NCBI GenBank assembly: GCA_963726255.1 | Contig: CAVSBL010000002.1 | Coordinates: 608,001-672,000, forward strand | Length of the DNA: 64,000 nt | Origin: Candidatus Bathyarchaeota archaeon | GTDB taxonomy: Archaea; Thermoproteota; Bathyarchaeia; 40CM-2-53-6 | Direction of reading: 5' to 3' | Part shown: positions 21,681 through 31,915 of the stretch, in pieces | How positions within the stretch are numbered: position 1 is the stretch's first letter | Layout of the letters: every line of letters starts with the position of its first letter | Translations under genes and position numbers: made by a program | Notes under the pieces: model-generated | What the model was told of the DNA's origin: nothing | Database searches by the model: none | Seen by the model: the letters and a program-made list of their open reading frames with translations, nothing else

Positions 21681-23459
21681 TTGTTCACTGTATGTGGGCG
21701 ACTATTACGAGAGTCCTTTATGGTGTTCATGATTGTTCTCATTATGACTGTACAAGGAGTTCAGATTGCTTCATCGAAGCCGACAGCGTCTCAGGTTGCA
21801 GCTTCTCTCACTGAGTGGACTGTGCCGACATCTGCAAGTGGCCCATGGGGATTGGCTCTGGATCAGTCAGGTACTTGCTGTTGGTTTGTGGAATATTACG
21901 GAAATAAGATCGCCCATTTTGATTCACGGGCGAGTTCTTTCGAGGAATGGGAGATTCCCACCTCCGACTCGAATCCTTACAGTATCGCGGTTACATCGGT
22001 CGGCGGCAATCCGATGGTGTGGGGAACGGAATTTTCCTCGGACAAGATTTTCGCCTTCTCGCCATCTTCAGGGAAATTCAGCGAATATTCACTTCCAGGC
22101 GGCTCAGAACCCGGGTACGTTTCTATTGAACCTCAAGCTGGGACGACGGCCAGAGTTTGGTTCACTGAAACGATTAGAAACGCTAACGGTGAATTCATTT
22201 ATGATTCAGCGTCCGGGAATGTTACGTTTTACGAGGACACATTTCCAGCGTCAGTAGGAGGGGGAGCTTATGGTGTGCAAGCAGGTTCAGGGTTCGTTTG
22301 GTTTGCGGGTTTCTCTGCACTGGTGAGGTGGGATCGGGCGTCAGCGCAGTATACGATCTGGCCATTGCCAAACCATGACTCGGCTGTGGCGCGTTCTATC
22401 ACCTTCGACTCTCGTGGGCAACCGTGGTACACTCAGGGTGTGGCTTATGGGACTAGTGACGACAACTTTGTTGGAGTCCTACGCGGAAATATGATTCAAC
22501 AATGGCGTATTCCTGGTGCGGGTTCAAACCCAAGAGGGATCAGCATTAATCCAATTACCCAGCAACCTTGGATTGCGGAGCAATCATCGCTGCAAGGCAA
22601 CGGAACTGTCGCTAATCTGAACGATTTTGGGAACGGTACACTCTCTTCATCGCCCCCTGTCACTGCGCCATCAGCGGGAACGGCGACTGTTCTTTCGCCA
22701 ACAATAAGTCACGTCTCGGAGTTTGTTCATACAGTGATCCCGACAACCCGCTCCATCGCGCCTTCGGAAGAAGGGCCGTTTGCTCAATACGTGTTGGGTC
22801 CCACATTGCCCAGTGATGTGATTGTCGATTCCTCTGGCAACGTATGGGTAAGTGAGCCTGGAGCGAATAAGATCGCCAGACTTTCCATTGTGAATTCGGA
22901 TTATGCTCTTAGCGTCTCTTCCCCATACCTCTCTTCAGCACAAGGAACGTCAGTCCCTCTCGCGGTAACTGGCAGTTCAGTTTCAGGGTATACGGGGAAG
23001 GTAACGTTCACTCCTGCTGACCTGCCTCCCGGGGTGATGTTATCAGGCTTCGACCCGAACCCAGTCCACATTCCAGCCGGAGGAAACGCTTCATCAAATT
23101 TCGCAATCAACATTGCTTCTAGTGCAACGCCGGGAACTGACTTGGTCGTCATCCGTGGCAGCGATGGTACAATTACCCATACCATCAGCATCATTATTAC
23201 GATTGCAAACAGCACGAGCCCCAATGGTGGCCCTCAGTGTCCCATTCCCGTCCCAACATACTTGTTGGATTTAGCTTTGCTCTCAAGTCTATTGGCAGAC
23301 GTGTTAATTGGAGGGTTCTACATTGGGCTACCAGTGGACGCGGTCAGTCGAAGAATTCACTTGCTAAGAGGTTTGAGTAGGAGAACCTGGTTGGTTATTT
23401 CTCTCGTGGGCCCAAGCGCACTTTTCGTAGCCAGCTTCCTAGCTCTGCTCTTCTGCTGA
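21681..23459 (+). CDS. Extracellular Vgb (streptogramin lyase)-like beta-propeller with Ig-like domain and TM anchor
   Basis: Repeated EWxxPT..SxPxxI..D..G..WFxE...NKI blades. Confidence 0.75.
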   Translation: MFTVCGRLLRESFMVFMIVLIMTVQGVQIASSKPTASQVAASLTEWTVPTSASGPWGLALDQSGTCCWFVEYYGNKIAHFDSRASSFEEWEIPTSDSNPYSIAVTSVGGNPMVWGTEFSSDKIFAFSPSSGKFSEYSLPGGSEPGYVSIEPQAGTTARVWFTETIRNANGEFIYDSASGNVTFYEDTFPASVGGGAYGVQAGSGFVWFAGFSALVRWDRASAQYTIWPLPNHDSAVARSITFDSRGQPWYTQGVAYGTSDDNFVGVLRGNMIQQWRIPGAGSNPRGISINPITQQPWIAEQSSLQGNGTVANLNDFGNGTLSSSPPVTAPSAGTATVLSPTISHVSEFVHTVIPTTRSIAPSEEGPFAQYVLGPTLPSDVIVDSSGNVWVSEPGANKIARLSIVNSDYALSVSSPYLSSAQGTSVPLAVTGSSVSGYTGKVTFTPADLPPGVMLSGFDPNPVHIPAGGNASSNFAINIASSATPGTDLVVIRGSDGTITHTISIIITIANSTSPNGGPQCPIPVPTYLLDLALLSSLLADVLIGGFYIGLPVDAVSRRIHLLRGLSRRTWLVISLVGPSALFVASFLALLFC

Positions 23460-23709
23460 AACTTAGTTTCAAATCAACGCAAGAAAATCAATCAGCTCAC
23501 TGCCCACTCGCACGCGTGCGCCTGCGACGCTCAGGTGGCAGTTTTCGTTCCCAATCAAGCTTTCAGAGCGGCTCTGGCTCCGATTTCGGTTTAGGCGAAA
23601 GTTTCGACTCGGATATCTTGAATGTCCATGCAACGCAGACGACTAAGGTTCGCTAGGTAATGTGGGGGTATTCGTTCATCTTAATGAAAAGTGGGGATGG
23701 ACGCGGCGT

Positions 23710-26700
23710 TTAGTCGCGTCTGTTTCTGCGTCGCAGGAGGTATAGTGAGGCTGCCAGTGCGGAGAAAGCTACGATTCCGATTGCGCTGAATTCTGGGACT
23801 GGAATGTTACTTTGCTCCAAGTACATGTTCTGGCCTGTTCCAACCTCGCCGGCAGTGACCGAGATTGAGTACGTTTGGGACGCGTAGCCTGGGCCGCTTA
23901 TCGTGAACGTATAGGTGCCCGGTGTTAGGTATGCTTCGTAGATGCCGTCGTATGTGTACTGGTGGAAGGTCCATTTACCGTCTGCGCTAGCTATCGTCAC
24001 GCTACCCCAGCTCAGCGGTCGGAACTCGTTACTCCACGTGAACGCGAGAGCGTTGCCGGTTACGAGGCCGTTCAAATCAACTTCGAAGGCTCCGCTTGCT
24101 TCACCGCTTAGGTGGGCGTTCGAGATCTGCCAGGCGCCTTCCTGTGAGTATGGGCCCAGGTGGTTCATGGCGAGTGTGTGTCCGATCAATTCGGGCTTGA
24201 GTGCATTATCCTCTGTGAAGCTTATTCCAGATGTGGCGGTTGTGGCGGGGATTATGTGGTAGGATTCACCCATCAATAAGCCACCTACGGGTGGGTAATA
24301 CTGAGGTAGACCGATAGGGAAGCATAGGAGTTGCTGTGGGTTAATGTCAAGGGCAATCACGGGTTGAATAGTTCCTATGCACGCACTGCCAGCTGTGTCG
24401 TTACTGTACCAGTTGACGAAATCCACTTCCGCCGTCCAACTTCCCGTGTAATCTGGGGCTCCTGAGATGCCTGTGTTCGGGAAGTAGCCCGGGACGCCAA
24501 CGCCCAAGCCGCTTCCTGGGCTCGTGTAACAGTCTACTTCGAAGCCGCATGTTGTTGTTGCAAATAGCGGGTCATTCAAGTAGACTCCTAGAGGGACGTG
24601 GCTTGCGATTGTTCCATCGTCAACTCCTGATGCGGGAACCTGCGGCAGGCCGGCCATGAGTACGTGTAGGAGGGTTATCCCTCCGGGAAGGTAATTGTAG
24701 CCGTTTAGCGGGTTGGGTACTGGTACAGCTGGGTGAAGTGGGCCGAACGGGTACTGGTCTGTTCCGTCGGCGGCCCTTGCAAAACCGTTCGCAGTCGTAT
24801 AGGTTCCTTCGCTTGACATCCATTCAGCAGCTAGGTTGCCCGAGTCGTCGAATAATCTGACTCGGGCGGACATGTTCGCGGAGGTTGGTGTTATGACATG
24901 TTCCTTTTTGAAGAGTATATCCAACGTCACGTTGACGCCTACTAGGAGGTTGATCTTAATGTCGGCGACTTCCGTTGTCAAGGCAGATACTGTGAAGCTC
25001 TTGTCCTGAACGTATCCGTACGTGAAACCTCTGAGGTCGTATTGGCCTGAGGGTATCGCTGACGGGTAAAGTGGTGTGTATCCTGTAACGGCTTGTTCAT
25101 ACGTTCCTCCGTCTGAGAGCGTTGTGGGGCTGAAGTGGGCGGGCGCAAACAACACCGACCGTGTCGAGAAGTATGATATGCCCCCCGTGTAACCTCCAAC
25201 AAAACCCAAGTCTCCAAGTTCCTGTCCGAAATATGCGTCCTGTGCGTTCCCCTGGTAGGGCATTAATGGCCCGTAGAGTGGACGGGCGAGCGGTTGCCAG
25301 CCGCCTCCACACATCTGGACGGATGAGTTGCTCTGGTTCTGGAAGAGGCAGCTCGTCAGTACGGTGTCCTGAAGGTTCGATGGGACATCGCCGATGAAAT
25401 CGATCAACGTGCCATTCGCGTAAACGCCGAGGTCGATCTCTTCTCCGACCATGTATATGCCGCCGACGTTGCGTGGATCCCCTGGGAAGCTAGGGTCGCT
25501 TCCTACGAAGGTTGGCATGCCAGTTGCTGTGTAGCCGACGGGGTTGCCCCACACCCAGTTTCTGTTAACGCGTGGTCGCTCCCAGTCAATGCTGTAGACG
25601 GTGATGTTGAATCCTACGCCGCGGTACATGTGGTCGCTTATGCTGATGGAGTTACCGCTGAGCGTCACACTCACTTGGTCCAGTGGGCCATGTTCAACGT
25701 AACCGAGAACGTAGACATGTGGGCTGTAGGTTCCACTCGGGATGCCATAATTCTCTCCTCCCCATGTGTCGTTCCATCCCCAGAACTGAATAGTTGCCAC
25801 TCCAGTCTCGATGGCGTTGGCGTTCAGCTTTGCCTTGTCAAGATCGTTGCGGTGCTGGAAAGTTGATGTGGACGAGAACGCGCCAGCGCCCCATCCTGAC
25901 TTAGCTCCGGATGAGTATAGGCCTTGGTAGCCAAGCAATGTTTGGTTGTAACTCCAAACCTGGCCGTTTGCGTCAACCAATACGCCGGACATTACTCCTG
26001 CACCGGTGTCAATTGGGTCGGTGCTTATCGTATTGGGAGTGTTGTGGAAGTGCACGGTCTTGTTGACCCAACTGCTCAACCGTAAGTCGATGGGTAAGGC
26101 CACGTCTCCAGCCCACTCCTGCGGAGTAATATCAAACGGGTATTCCTGGAATGTTGATCCGTCAAGCGCTGACTGGACGTAGCGGAATACCCAAGCGCGG
26201 GCGTAATATCTTCCAGGTGTAAGGCCGTTAACCCAAGTGGCGTAGACTTGCGGGACCATGCCGTCGAGGTCACGGGGTGCACCGTACTCTCCCTTAACGC
26301 CGAACTCGAAATGGAATGGTTGAGTGGTGCCGCCTTGAACGAACCAGTTTTGCGGTGGGCCTATCCCCATGGGATCCTGCGTTAGCTTCGCCGACTGACT
26401 TCCATCAGAGGCGCCGGTGGACACTTGGTAGAAGTCGAAAGCGGACGGGCTTGCGCCAGCAAAGTATCCGGTGCTTGGCACATATTCATGCCACGGGAAT
26501 GCGATTTCGCCGCCAAGCCGAGGATCATTACAATTACTCGCCGTATACTTGCCAGTGTAGTCCTGCTGTCCTCCTGCAACGCAAGGGAGCGGGGACCATG
26601 ACACTAGGTTAGCGCTTGAATCAGGTACGTGATTTAACGTTGGAGCGTCGTAGAGTTCAATCTTAACGTATGTGTTCTGCGGCCACGGCTCGTCACCAAA

Positions 26701-27903
26701 CTGGTGCTTACTGTAAACGTTTCCATGAATAACGGCCCCAGGCTGCAAGTAGCCGTCGTGGTGTAGTGATTGGCCTTTCAACACAGTGACGCCAGAAGCA
26801 ATAACGACCTCCGGGTAACCAGCGGCTGACGCGTAAATGTCGTAGACGCCTGGTGCTACGCCTTCGACCTCATAGTGGCCTTGGGCTGTGGCGTTGAAAT
26901 ATCCCACGGCATCAACTGTCGGCAAATTAGTCGTTTGCCCAGTGTAGGGGTCGAGGCGCGTTGTCATCTTCGCATAGACACGGCCAGCTTCCTGAATAGG
27001 TTGGCCGTATAGTGTCGTGTTGAAACCGGCGTACCGAATCGTTCCAGTTATAATGGCAGGGTCAACCTCGCCTTTCACAAGTAGGACTGGCCAATTCTCT
27101 GTGGGAATAAATTGGGAACAATTTTCGGGGCCTGGAAGGGGGCCTGCTCCAGTTCCAGTGCCTTCTTCTCCGCAAATTGAAGGTGTTCCACCTTCAAGGA
27201 GGACTTTGAAAAAGTATCGTCCAGCGACCGAGGGGGCAAGGACTCCATTGATTCGAATGTAATACCATTCGCTTAATGTAGTGAAATCAATGGCCTGGTG
27301 GTCATAGTAAGGAGTATTCCCGGGTGCGGTTGCATCCATGCCCGCGTCCGCTGCAACTTGAACAAGAGTCCAACCGGGTGCATACCGATCGTATGCGCTT
27401 ATTCGCGCTACTGCAATTGCTGAGTAATCATTCGTAATGGTTGAGACGACTTGCGCTTGGCTCGGCACACTAAATCCAGGTGGGATGAGAATGTCAACGG
27501 CTTGCCATCTTCCAAAGAACCCTACGGTCGCGTTGAGCGCAAAAATCAAGTCGCCCGTCGAACCGGTCAATACCGCTCCGAAGGGGGCGTATGCGTCGCC
27601 TTCAAGCTGGTACCAAGACTGGCTCGGGGCCCCAGGTGGGTTGCCGCCTGGGTAAGGTGATTGATAGCCGGGACCCAAATTCGCGGTCGCGACGTTCGGG
27701 AAACCGCTATAGGTGTTGAGGCCTCCGCCTGGCCACACGTACCCGATTACTCCGGGAACATGAGGGTCAAAATCATTTGTGTGGTAGCGATACGTGGCCG
27801 TTAGGTCTCCAAGGGTGAAATGAGCTTGAACAGGATTTGCTATCGCGACAATCCCAAACAGAAAAGTCAGAATCAGAACTATGGAAACAATCCTCTTTTC
27901 CAA
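23710..27903 (-). CDS. Large surface (S-layer-like) glycoprotein with PEF-CTERM sorting signal
   Basis: About 1400 aa; signal peptide from TTG 27903; many N-x-S/T sequons; ends VPEF-TM-RRRNRRD. Confidence 0.85.
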   Translation of the reverse strand: MEKRIVSIVLILTFLFGIVAIANPVQAHFTLGDLTATYRYHTNDFDPHVPGVIGYVWPGGGLNTYSGFPNVATANLGPGYQSPYPGGNPPGAPSQSWYQLEGDAYAPFGAVLTGSTGDLIFALNATVGFFGRWQAVDILIPPGFSVPSQAQVVSTITNDYSAIAVARISAYDRYAPGWTLVQVAADAGMDATAPGNTPYYDHQAIDFTTLSEWYYIRINGVLAPSVAGRYFFKVLLEGGTPSICGEEGTGTGAGPLPGPENCSQFIPTENWPVLLVKGEVDPAIITGTIRYAGFNTTLYGQPIQEAGRVYAKMTTRLDPYTGQTTNLPTVDAVGYFNATAQGHYEVEGVAPGVYDIYASAAGYPEVVIASGVTVLKGQSLHHDGYLQPGAVIHGNVYSKHQFGDEPWPQNTYVKIELYDAPTLNHVPDSSANLVSWSPLPCVAGGQQDYTGKYTASNCNDPRLGGEIAFPWHEYVPSTGYFAGASPSAFDFYQVSTGASDGSQSAKLTQDPMGIGPPQNWFVQGGTTQPFHFEFGVKGEYGAPRDLDGMVPQVYATWVNGLTPGRYYARAWVFRYVQSALDGSTFQEYPFDITPQEWAGDVALPIDLRLSSWVNKTVHFHNTPNTISTDPIDTGAGVMSGVLVDANGQVWSYNQTLLGYQGLYSSGAKSGWGAGAFSSTSTFQHRNDLDKAKLNANAIETGVATIQFWGWNDTWGGENYGIPSGTYSPHVYVLGYVEHGPLDQVSVTLSGNSISISDHMYRGVGFNITVYSIDWERPRVNRNWVWGNPVGYTATGMPTFVGSDPSFPGDPRNVGGIYMVGEEIDLGVYANGTLIDFIGDVPSNLQDTVLTSCLFQNQSNSSVQMCGGGWQPLARPLYGPLMPYQGNAQDAYFGQELGDLGFVGGYTGGISYFSTRSVLFAPAHFSPTTLSDGGTYEQAVTGYTPLYPSAIPSGQYDLRGFTYGYVQDKSFTVSALTTEVADIKINLLVGVNVTLDILFKKEHVITPTSANMSARVRLFDDSGNLAAEWMSSEGTYTTANGFARAADGTDQYPFGPLHPAVPVPNPLNGYNYLPGGITLLHVLMAGLPQVPASGVDDGTIASHVPLGVYLNDPLFATTTCGFEVDCYTSPGSGLGVGVPGYFPNTGISGAPDYTGSWTAEVDFVNWYSNDTAGSACIGTIQPVIALDINPQQLLCFPIGLPQYYPPVGGLLMGESYHIIPATTATSGISFTEDNALKPELIGHTLAMNHLGPYSQEGAWQISNAHLSGEASGAFEVDLNGLVTGNALAFTWSNEFRPLSWGSVTIASADGKWTFHQYTYDGIYEAYLTPGTYTFTISGPGYASQTYSISVTAGEVGTGQNMYLEQSNIPVPEFSAIGIVAFSALAASLYLLRRRNRRD

Positions 27904-28097
27904 TGGACCTTCCTCAACCAGCCTCAGCAGACCTAAGCTCAAACGTCCATGCGTGGCCTATTAGTATATAAGACGAATGCTTCAACCCGGAGTATTCGTT
28001 GTTCTTAGGGGAATCGGCCTGTTAGGAGCCTCAACTGCGCCTCAAGCGGTGTAAACCCTCTATTTTCTTCTCTCTATTTCAACGTACGCAACATTTT

Positions 28098-29726
28098 ATG
28101 CTTCTCGCGCCATTTGGGGGCGAACACATCTTTCGAGTCAGTGTACCAGAAATGTATTCTTCTCATCACCAATCTCCACAGACAGCCAGTCCTACGAACA
28201 ATTCACCCACGCCGAAGCTAGACTCTGCAGTTGAAGTTTCGCGGGGAGCCTCCTACCTGACCATCCAATTGCTGATCACCAGCGCTGCTCAAGTGTTGGC
28301 TTTCGCGGTTCTGGCGCGAATCGTAACCCCAAGAGAGATTGGCATTCTTGCCGTCGTGTCACTCGTGGCAGCACTGTGCGCAGCCGTTAACGGTGGGGCA
28401 TTCCAACAAGCAACTACGAAATTCATTGGAGAACTAGGAGAGGGACGAAAGGAAATTGCGCTCGGAGTATTTTACCAGGCCTTTCTGATCTCGCTTATGC
28501 TTTCGGTTCCGCTTGCCGCCTTCATCTTCTTTGGAGCACCGATTCTCGCTTCCGCACTGCTCGGTGAGGTGGCGCAAGCACAGCTCTTCAGAATTCTTGC
28601 AATCGATATGCTCTTCTATTCGGGTGCGTTGCCCGTGGCTCTGGGAGCTCTTCTGGGGTTCAAGAGATTCAAGGCGGCTGCTATCATTGGGTCTGCGGGT
28701 TCCATCCTGCGGCAGTGCTTAATCATTCTTCTAATACTCGCCTTGACGAATTTCATCGGTCTTGTGATTGCTTGGGCCGTTTCAGACCTCGTTTTAGTGG
28801 CAGCTTACACGGGGTATATCGTCTGGGTATTTGGTCGGTCGAAGGTTTGGTTTCCGTTTCGAAGAATGCTAAGATACTCGTGGCCTCTTAGTGTCGGGAA
28901 CATTGTGACCTTCGGTTATACCTGGTTCGATCGGGCACTATTGGTTGCGTTTGTTCCGCTCGCTGCTCTCGGCGTTTACAACGCAGCTCTGACGGCTTTC
29001 GGAGTGCTCGCCAGCGTTTCGGGTGCTGTGAATAACGCGATCCTCCCCACTTTCTCTAACATAGCCGGGCGGGGTGAACTTGAGAGTTGCAGGAGGGCTA
29101 CCTGGCTCGTTTCCCGATATACGAGTTTGATCATGATTCCTTTGAGCTTCGGGTTGCTGGCCACCGCTAAGCCAGCGATCTCTCTTTTTGTCGGCCAAGC
29201 TTACATAGAGGGTGTTGTGCCGCTCGCGATATTGTGCGGCGTCTTCGCATTGGTAGCATTTGGGTCAAGTCTGGGCCCAATGCTGTTGGCCCTGTCCCAC
29301 ACACGGGCAGTGATGCTGATTACTGCAGCATCCATCCTGATCGGCCTTGCGTCGGCCTTTTTCCTACTGCCGATTGCTGGAATTGTAGGAGCATCAATCG
29401 CCCGCGGCTTCGCGTTGGTTGGTTCTACCGCTTTGACAATTGTCGTTTTGTACCGAAGAAAGGCTGTGCGAATTGATTTCGAAGCGGCATGGAAAAGTGC
29501 CGTCGCCGGAGGGTCGATGGTTGCGGTCCTCGTACTTGCGCAAATGGGCGTCTACAATAAGTCCCTGCTTCCGGCTTACGTGGCGCTCGGGATAGCGGTC
29601 TACCTTATTGCGCTCCGCCAGTTGAAAGCGATACGTGAAGATGATGTGAATCTCATCCGCAGATATCTTGGGCCAAAATTTGGTTTCGCGGCAACAGTGC
29701 TGAACACGCTTCTGCTTCCAAAATGA
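28098..29726 (+). CDS. Wzx/MOP-family oligosaccharide flippase
   Basis: About 14 TM helices; DR..L...LGVYNAA motif. Confidence 0.85.
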   Translation: MLLAPFGGEHIFRVSVPEMYSSHHQSPQTASPTNNSPTPKLDSAVEVSRGASYLTIQLLITSAAQVLAFAVLARIVTPREIGILAVVSLVAALCAAVNGGAFQQATTKFIGELGEGRKEIALGVFYQAFLISLMLSVPLAAFIFFGAPILASALLGEVAQAQLFRILAIDMLFYSGALPVALGALLGFKRFKAAAIIGSAGSILRQCLIILLILALTNFIGLVIAWAVSDLVLVAAYTGYIVWVFGRSKVWFPFRRMLRYSWPLSVGNIVTFGYTWFDRALLVAFVPLAALGVYNAALTAFGVLASVSGAVNNAILPTFSNIAGRGELESCRRATWLVSRYTSLIMIPLSFGLLATAKPAISLFVGQAYIEGVVPLAILCGVFALVAFGSSLGPMLLALSHTRAVMLITAASILIGLASAFFLLPIAGIVGASIARGFALVGSTALTIVVLYRRKAVRIDFEAAWKSAVAGGSMVAVLVLAQMGVYNKSLLPAYVALGIAVYLIALRQLKAIREDDVNLIRRYLGPKFGFAATVLNTLLLPK

Positions 29727-29751
29727 ACATTGAGCGTTAGGCCCGGCGTAC

Positions 29752-30507
29752 TCATTTTCTTCCCGCTGAATGACGACGCCTGGTCCTAGCCACGTACGCA
29801 ATAACGGCGATAGCTATCAGAAGTACTGCGATCAAAATGACAACAGTGTTGGAAGGCGAAGCATTAGCAGTCTGCTCGGTCTGCATAGAGGTCCGAAGCA
29901 CCTCTTGAGTTAGGGTCGAATAGGATGTGATTGTGGCCACGGCGGTAGTTGGTATGGTGAGGGTGGCGGTAAGTTGCGCGTTGACTGTTGAGTGGGATAG
30001 GTTGTTCACGACGAGCTCGTAAACTCCGGTGGTTGGAACGGGCGAGCTGAAGGTGTATTCTGTTTTACCCTGCTGAAGGATTAGCGGGCTCGGTGGGGCG
30101 CATATTCCACCTGCAACCACTTGGTGGCTCCAGGCCTGATAAGCAGTGTCGGTCATGACGTAGAGGTCGGCCTGATTATCCATTGTAAGGGTTCCAGAAA
30201 GTACCTCTCCGCTAGTTGCGTTGAATGCGTGAAAGAAGTAGATTCCGCAGACCCCATGAGTGGGCGGTAGAGTAAAGGGTCCGGAGAAAACTGTTAGCGC
30301 AGATCCGGTTGTTGTTGTGAGGGTCTGAGTCCCGATCCCCACTGTGGTGGTCTGGAGGCTTGTCGCGGTGTTCGTCATGGTGGTGTACTGTTGCCCGTTC
30401 ACCAGCTGAGTGCCAACCGCGAGCACAGAAAGAAGGAGGAGAAGAGTTGCGAATTCGCGTGGGGCCATCATAATCAGCTGAAATGATGGAAATCTGCTTA
30501 TTAGCAT
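29752..30507 (-). CDS. Thr-rich secreted protein with C-terminal TM anchor
   Basis: Signal peptide, Thr-rich linkers, TM plus basic tail. Confidence 0.7.
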   Translation of the reverse strand: MLISRFPSFQLIMMAPREFATLLLLLSVLAVGTQLVNGQQYTTMTNTATSLQTTTVGIGTQTLTTTTGSALTVFSGPFTLPPTHGVCGIYFFHAFNATSGEVLSGTLTMDNQADLYVMTDTAYQAWSHQVVAGGICAPPSPLILQQGKTEYTFSSPVPTTGVYELVVNNLSHSTVNAQLTATLTIPTTAVATITSYSTLTQEVLRTSMQTEQTANASPSNTVVILIAVLLIAIAVIAYVARTRRRHSAGRK

Positions 30508-30968
30508 TAACTCGGCTTCCCCGTAAACTCAAGGGTTACCGTGCGAGGTCAATGAGTCTCCATCCTCGTTCTGGACGTTTGCAGCGACTTTGCGCAACGG
30601 TAATTCGTATGGCATGGCACTGCACGCGCGAATCAGGCGTAAGAGGTGCACGTCTAGCTGCCGATCGTAGCCGTAGTGTGGTGTGGCATTGGCATCGAAT
30701 GTGTCGATGCTCCGAAGGCCGAGGCCGATTTCACGGTTTAAACGGGTTTCGCTGCAACTTGGTCTTCAAGCACGAGTTCCACAACCAGCAGAAGGCAGTT
30801 CACCTAGGCATTACTGGTTCCGGTGTTCGAGCTGTCACAGAATAGTCTCGAATTATAGTCACGGTTTCGAAGGTTTTCTTCCTTACCCGTTCTGCGAGTT
30901 CTTTTGGCAACTCAGGCAGCTAGAACACACTGTGCCGATCATAAACGGTGTTCGAGCCTAAGCTAGTT

Positions 30969-31280
30969 TCACGTATCCGGCTTTCGCTTGCCAACTTCGT
31001 CTAGCAGCTTCAATACGCTGGAGGTCCTTTCCCTCGCCTGTCGAAGCCCGTCGTCCGCTTGAGGGTTCTCACGGTCGAGGTTTGCCTTCAATGTTTTCAG
31101 GTTTTCCTGCGCGGCCTGTAGCTCTTGGCGAAGTTCGTGGTTAGCCTTTTCCAATGCCTCTATGGTTTGAATCATTTTCTCGGAACGTTCGAGCAGTGTT
31201 TGGTTCTCCTCGATGAAGGCTTCGAATTCCTTCCGGTCCAAAGTTATTCGTTCCGGCAACCAGGGGCGCCCAGCCATCAT
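30969..31280 (-). CDS. Small coiled-coil protein
   Basis: Heptad-rich 103-aa ORF; start overlaps the upstream stop (ATGA). Confidence 0.55.
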   Translation of the reverse strand: MMAGRPWLPERITLDRKEFEAFIEENQTLLERSEKMIQTIEALEKANHELRQELQAAQENLKTLKANLDRENPQADDGLRQARERTSSVLKLLDEVGKRKPDT

Positions 31281-31307
31281 GCTGGGCTGGCCGTCTTATC
31301 TTCTTCT
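31266..31307. repeat. 42-bp direct repeat, copy A, with hairpin
   Basis: GCGCCCAGC-CATCAT-GCTGGGCTGGCCGTCTTATCTTCTTCT; 39/42 identical to 33144..33185. Confidence 0.85.
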
Positions 31308-31444
31308 GAACCAGTTTCCCTACTCGGGCATTCGCTTGCCCGCATCGTTTGGCAAGTGCGGCACGCTCGACGCTCGTCGCGGCAAGATTCCTGCTGTTTG
31401 AGGGCCTCTCGGAAAAGGCGGATTTGCTTCTTCAGAAGTTCCAC
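31277..31444 (-). CDS. Small Cys-rich ORF (55 aa)
   Basis: VELLKKQIRLFREALKQQESCRDERRACRTCQTMRASECPSRETGSEEDKTASPA; coupled to 30969..31280. Confidence 0.35.
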   Translation of the reverse strand: MELLKKQIRLFREALKQQESCRDERRACRTCQTMRASECPSRETGSEEDKTASPA

Positions 31445-31618
31445 GAGGATGCCATCGAGCTGAAGGCACCTGGGCTTGAATTACCATATCGGGGCGAGAA
31501 AGCTCCCGAGTTTAGTCATGGAGATGAGTCGCTCTCCAACAGTGCTCCAGTAGAGATCGTGAATCGACGTCTAAGGATAAATGAGCAAGCCCTGTGAACG
31601 AACAGGATATATAGCGGA

Positions 31619-31636
31619 AGTAAGATATATCTTACT
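31619..31636. promoter_or_regulatory. Perfect 18-bp palindromic operator of the AbrB-PIN operon
   Basis: AGTAAGATATATCTTACT between a TATA-like ATATATA and the antitoxin start. Confidence 0.75.
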
Positions 31637-31638
31637 AA

Positions 31639-31915
31639 GTGAATCAGATGGCTCTTGAACTAACCAGGCTTTCACAAAAGGGGCAGGTTGTGATCCCGAC
31701 CCAAGTCAGGAGAAAGATGGGACTGAAAGAAGGGACCAAGTTTCTCGTTGTCGGGTTAGAAGACATTATCGTCCTGAGAAAGCTTCAATTCTCCGAAGAG
31801 AAATTGAAACTCAAGAAGCTTCTCGCTGAGGCCAGAATCTTCTGCCAAGACGCACGGCCTCTCAGAGAAGGAAATCGAGAGGCTCATCCACGCTGTTAGA
31901 AAGTCGCGTGAATGA
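31639..31915 (+). CDS. AbrB/MazE/SpoVT antitoxin (frameshift near 31837)
   Basis: LSQKGQVVIPTQVRRKMGLKEG; the +1 frame gives SSAKTHGLSEKEIERLIHAVRKSRE, whose TGA overlaps the toxin ATG. Confidence 0.8.

Noticed and set aside
31830-31845. Antitoxin frameshift as a regulatory switch
   Set aside because: A single extra A, as also near the yjbQ start (about 46175), cannot be told from sequencing error without reads
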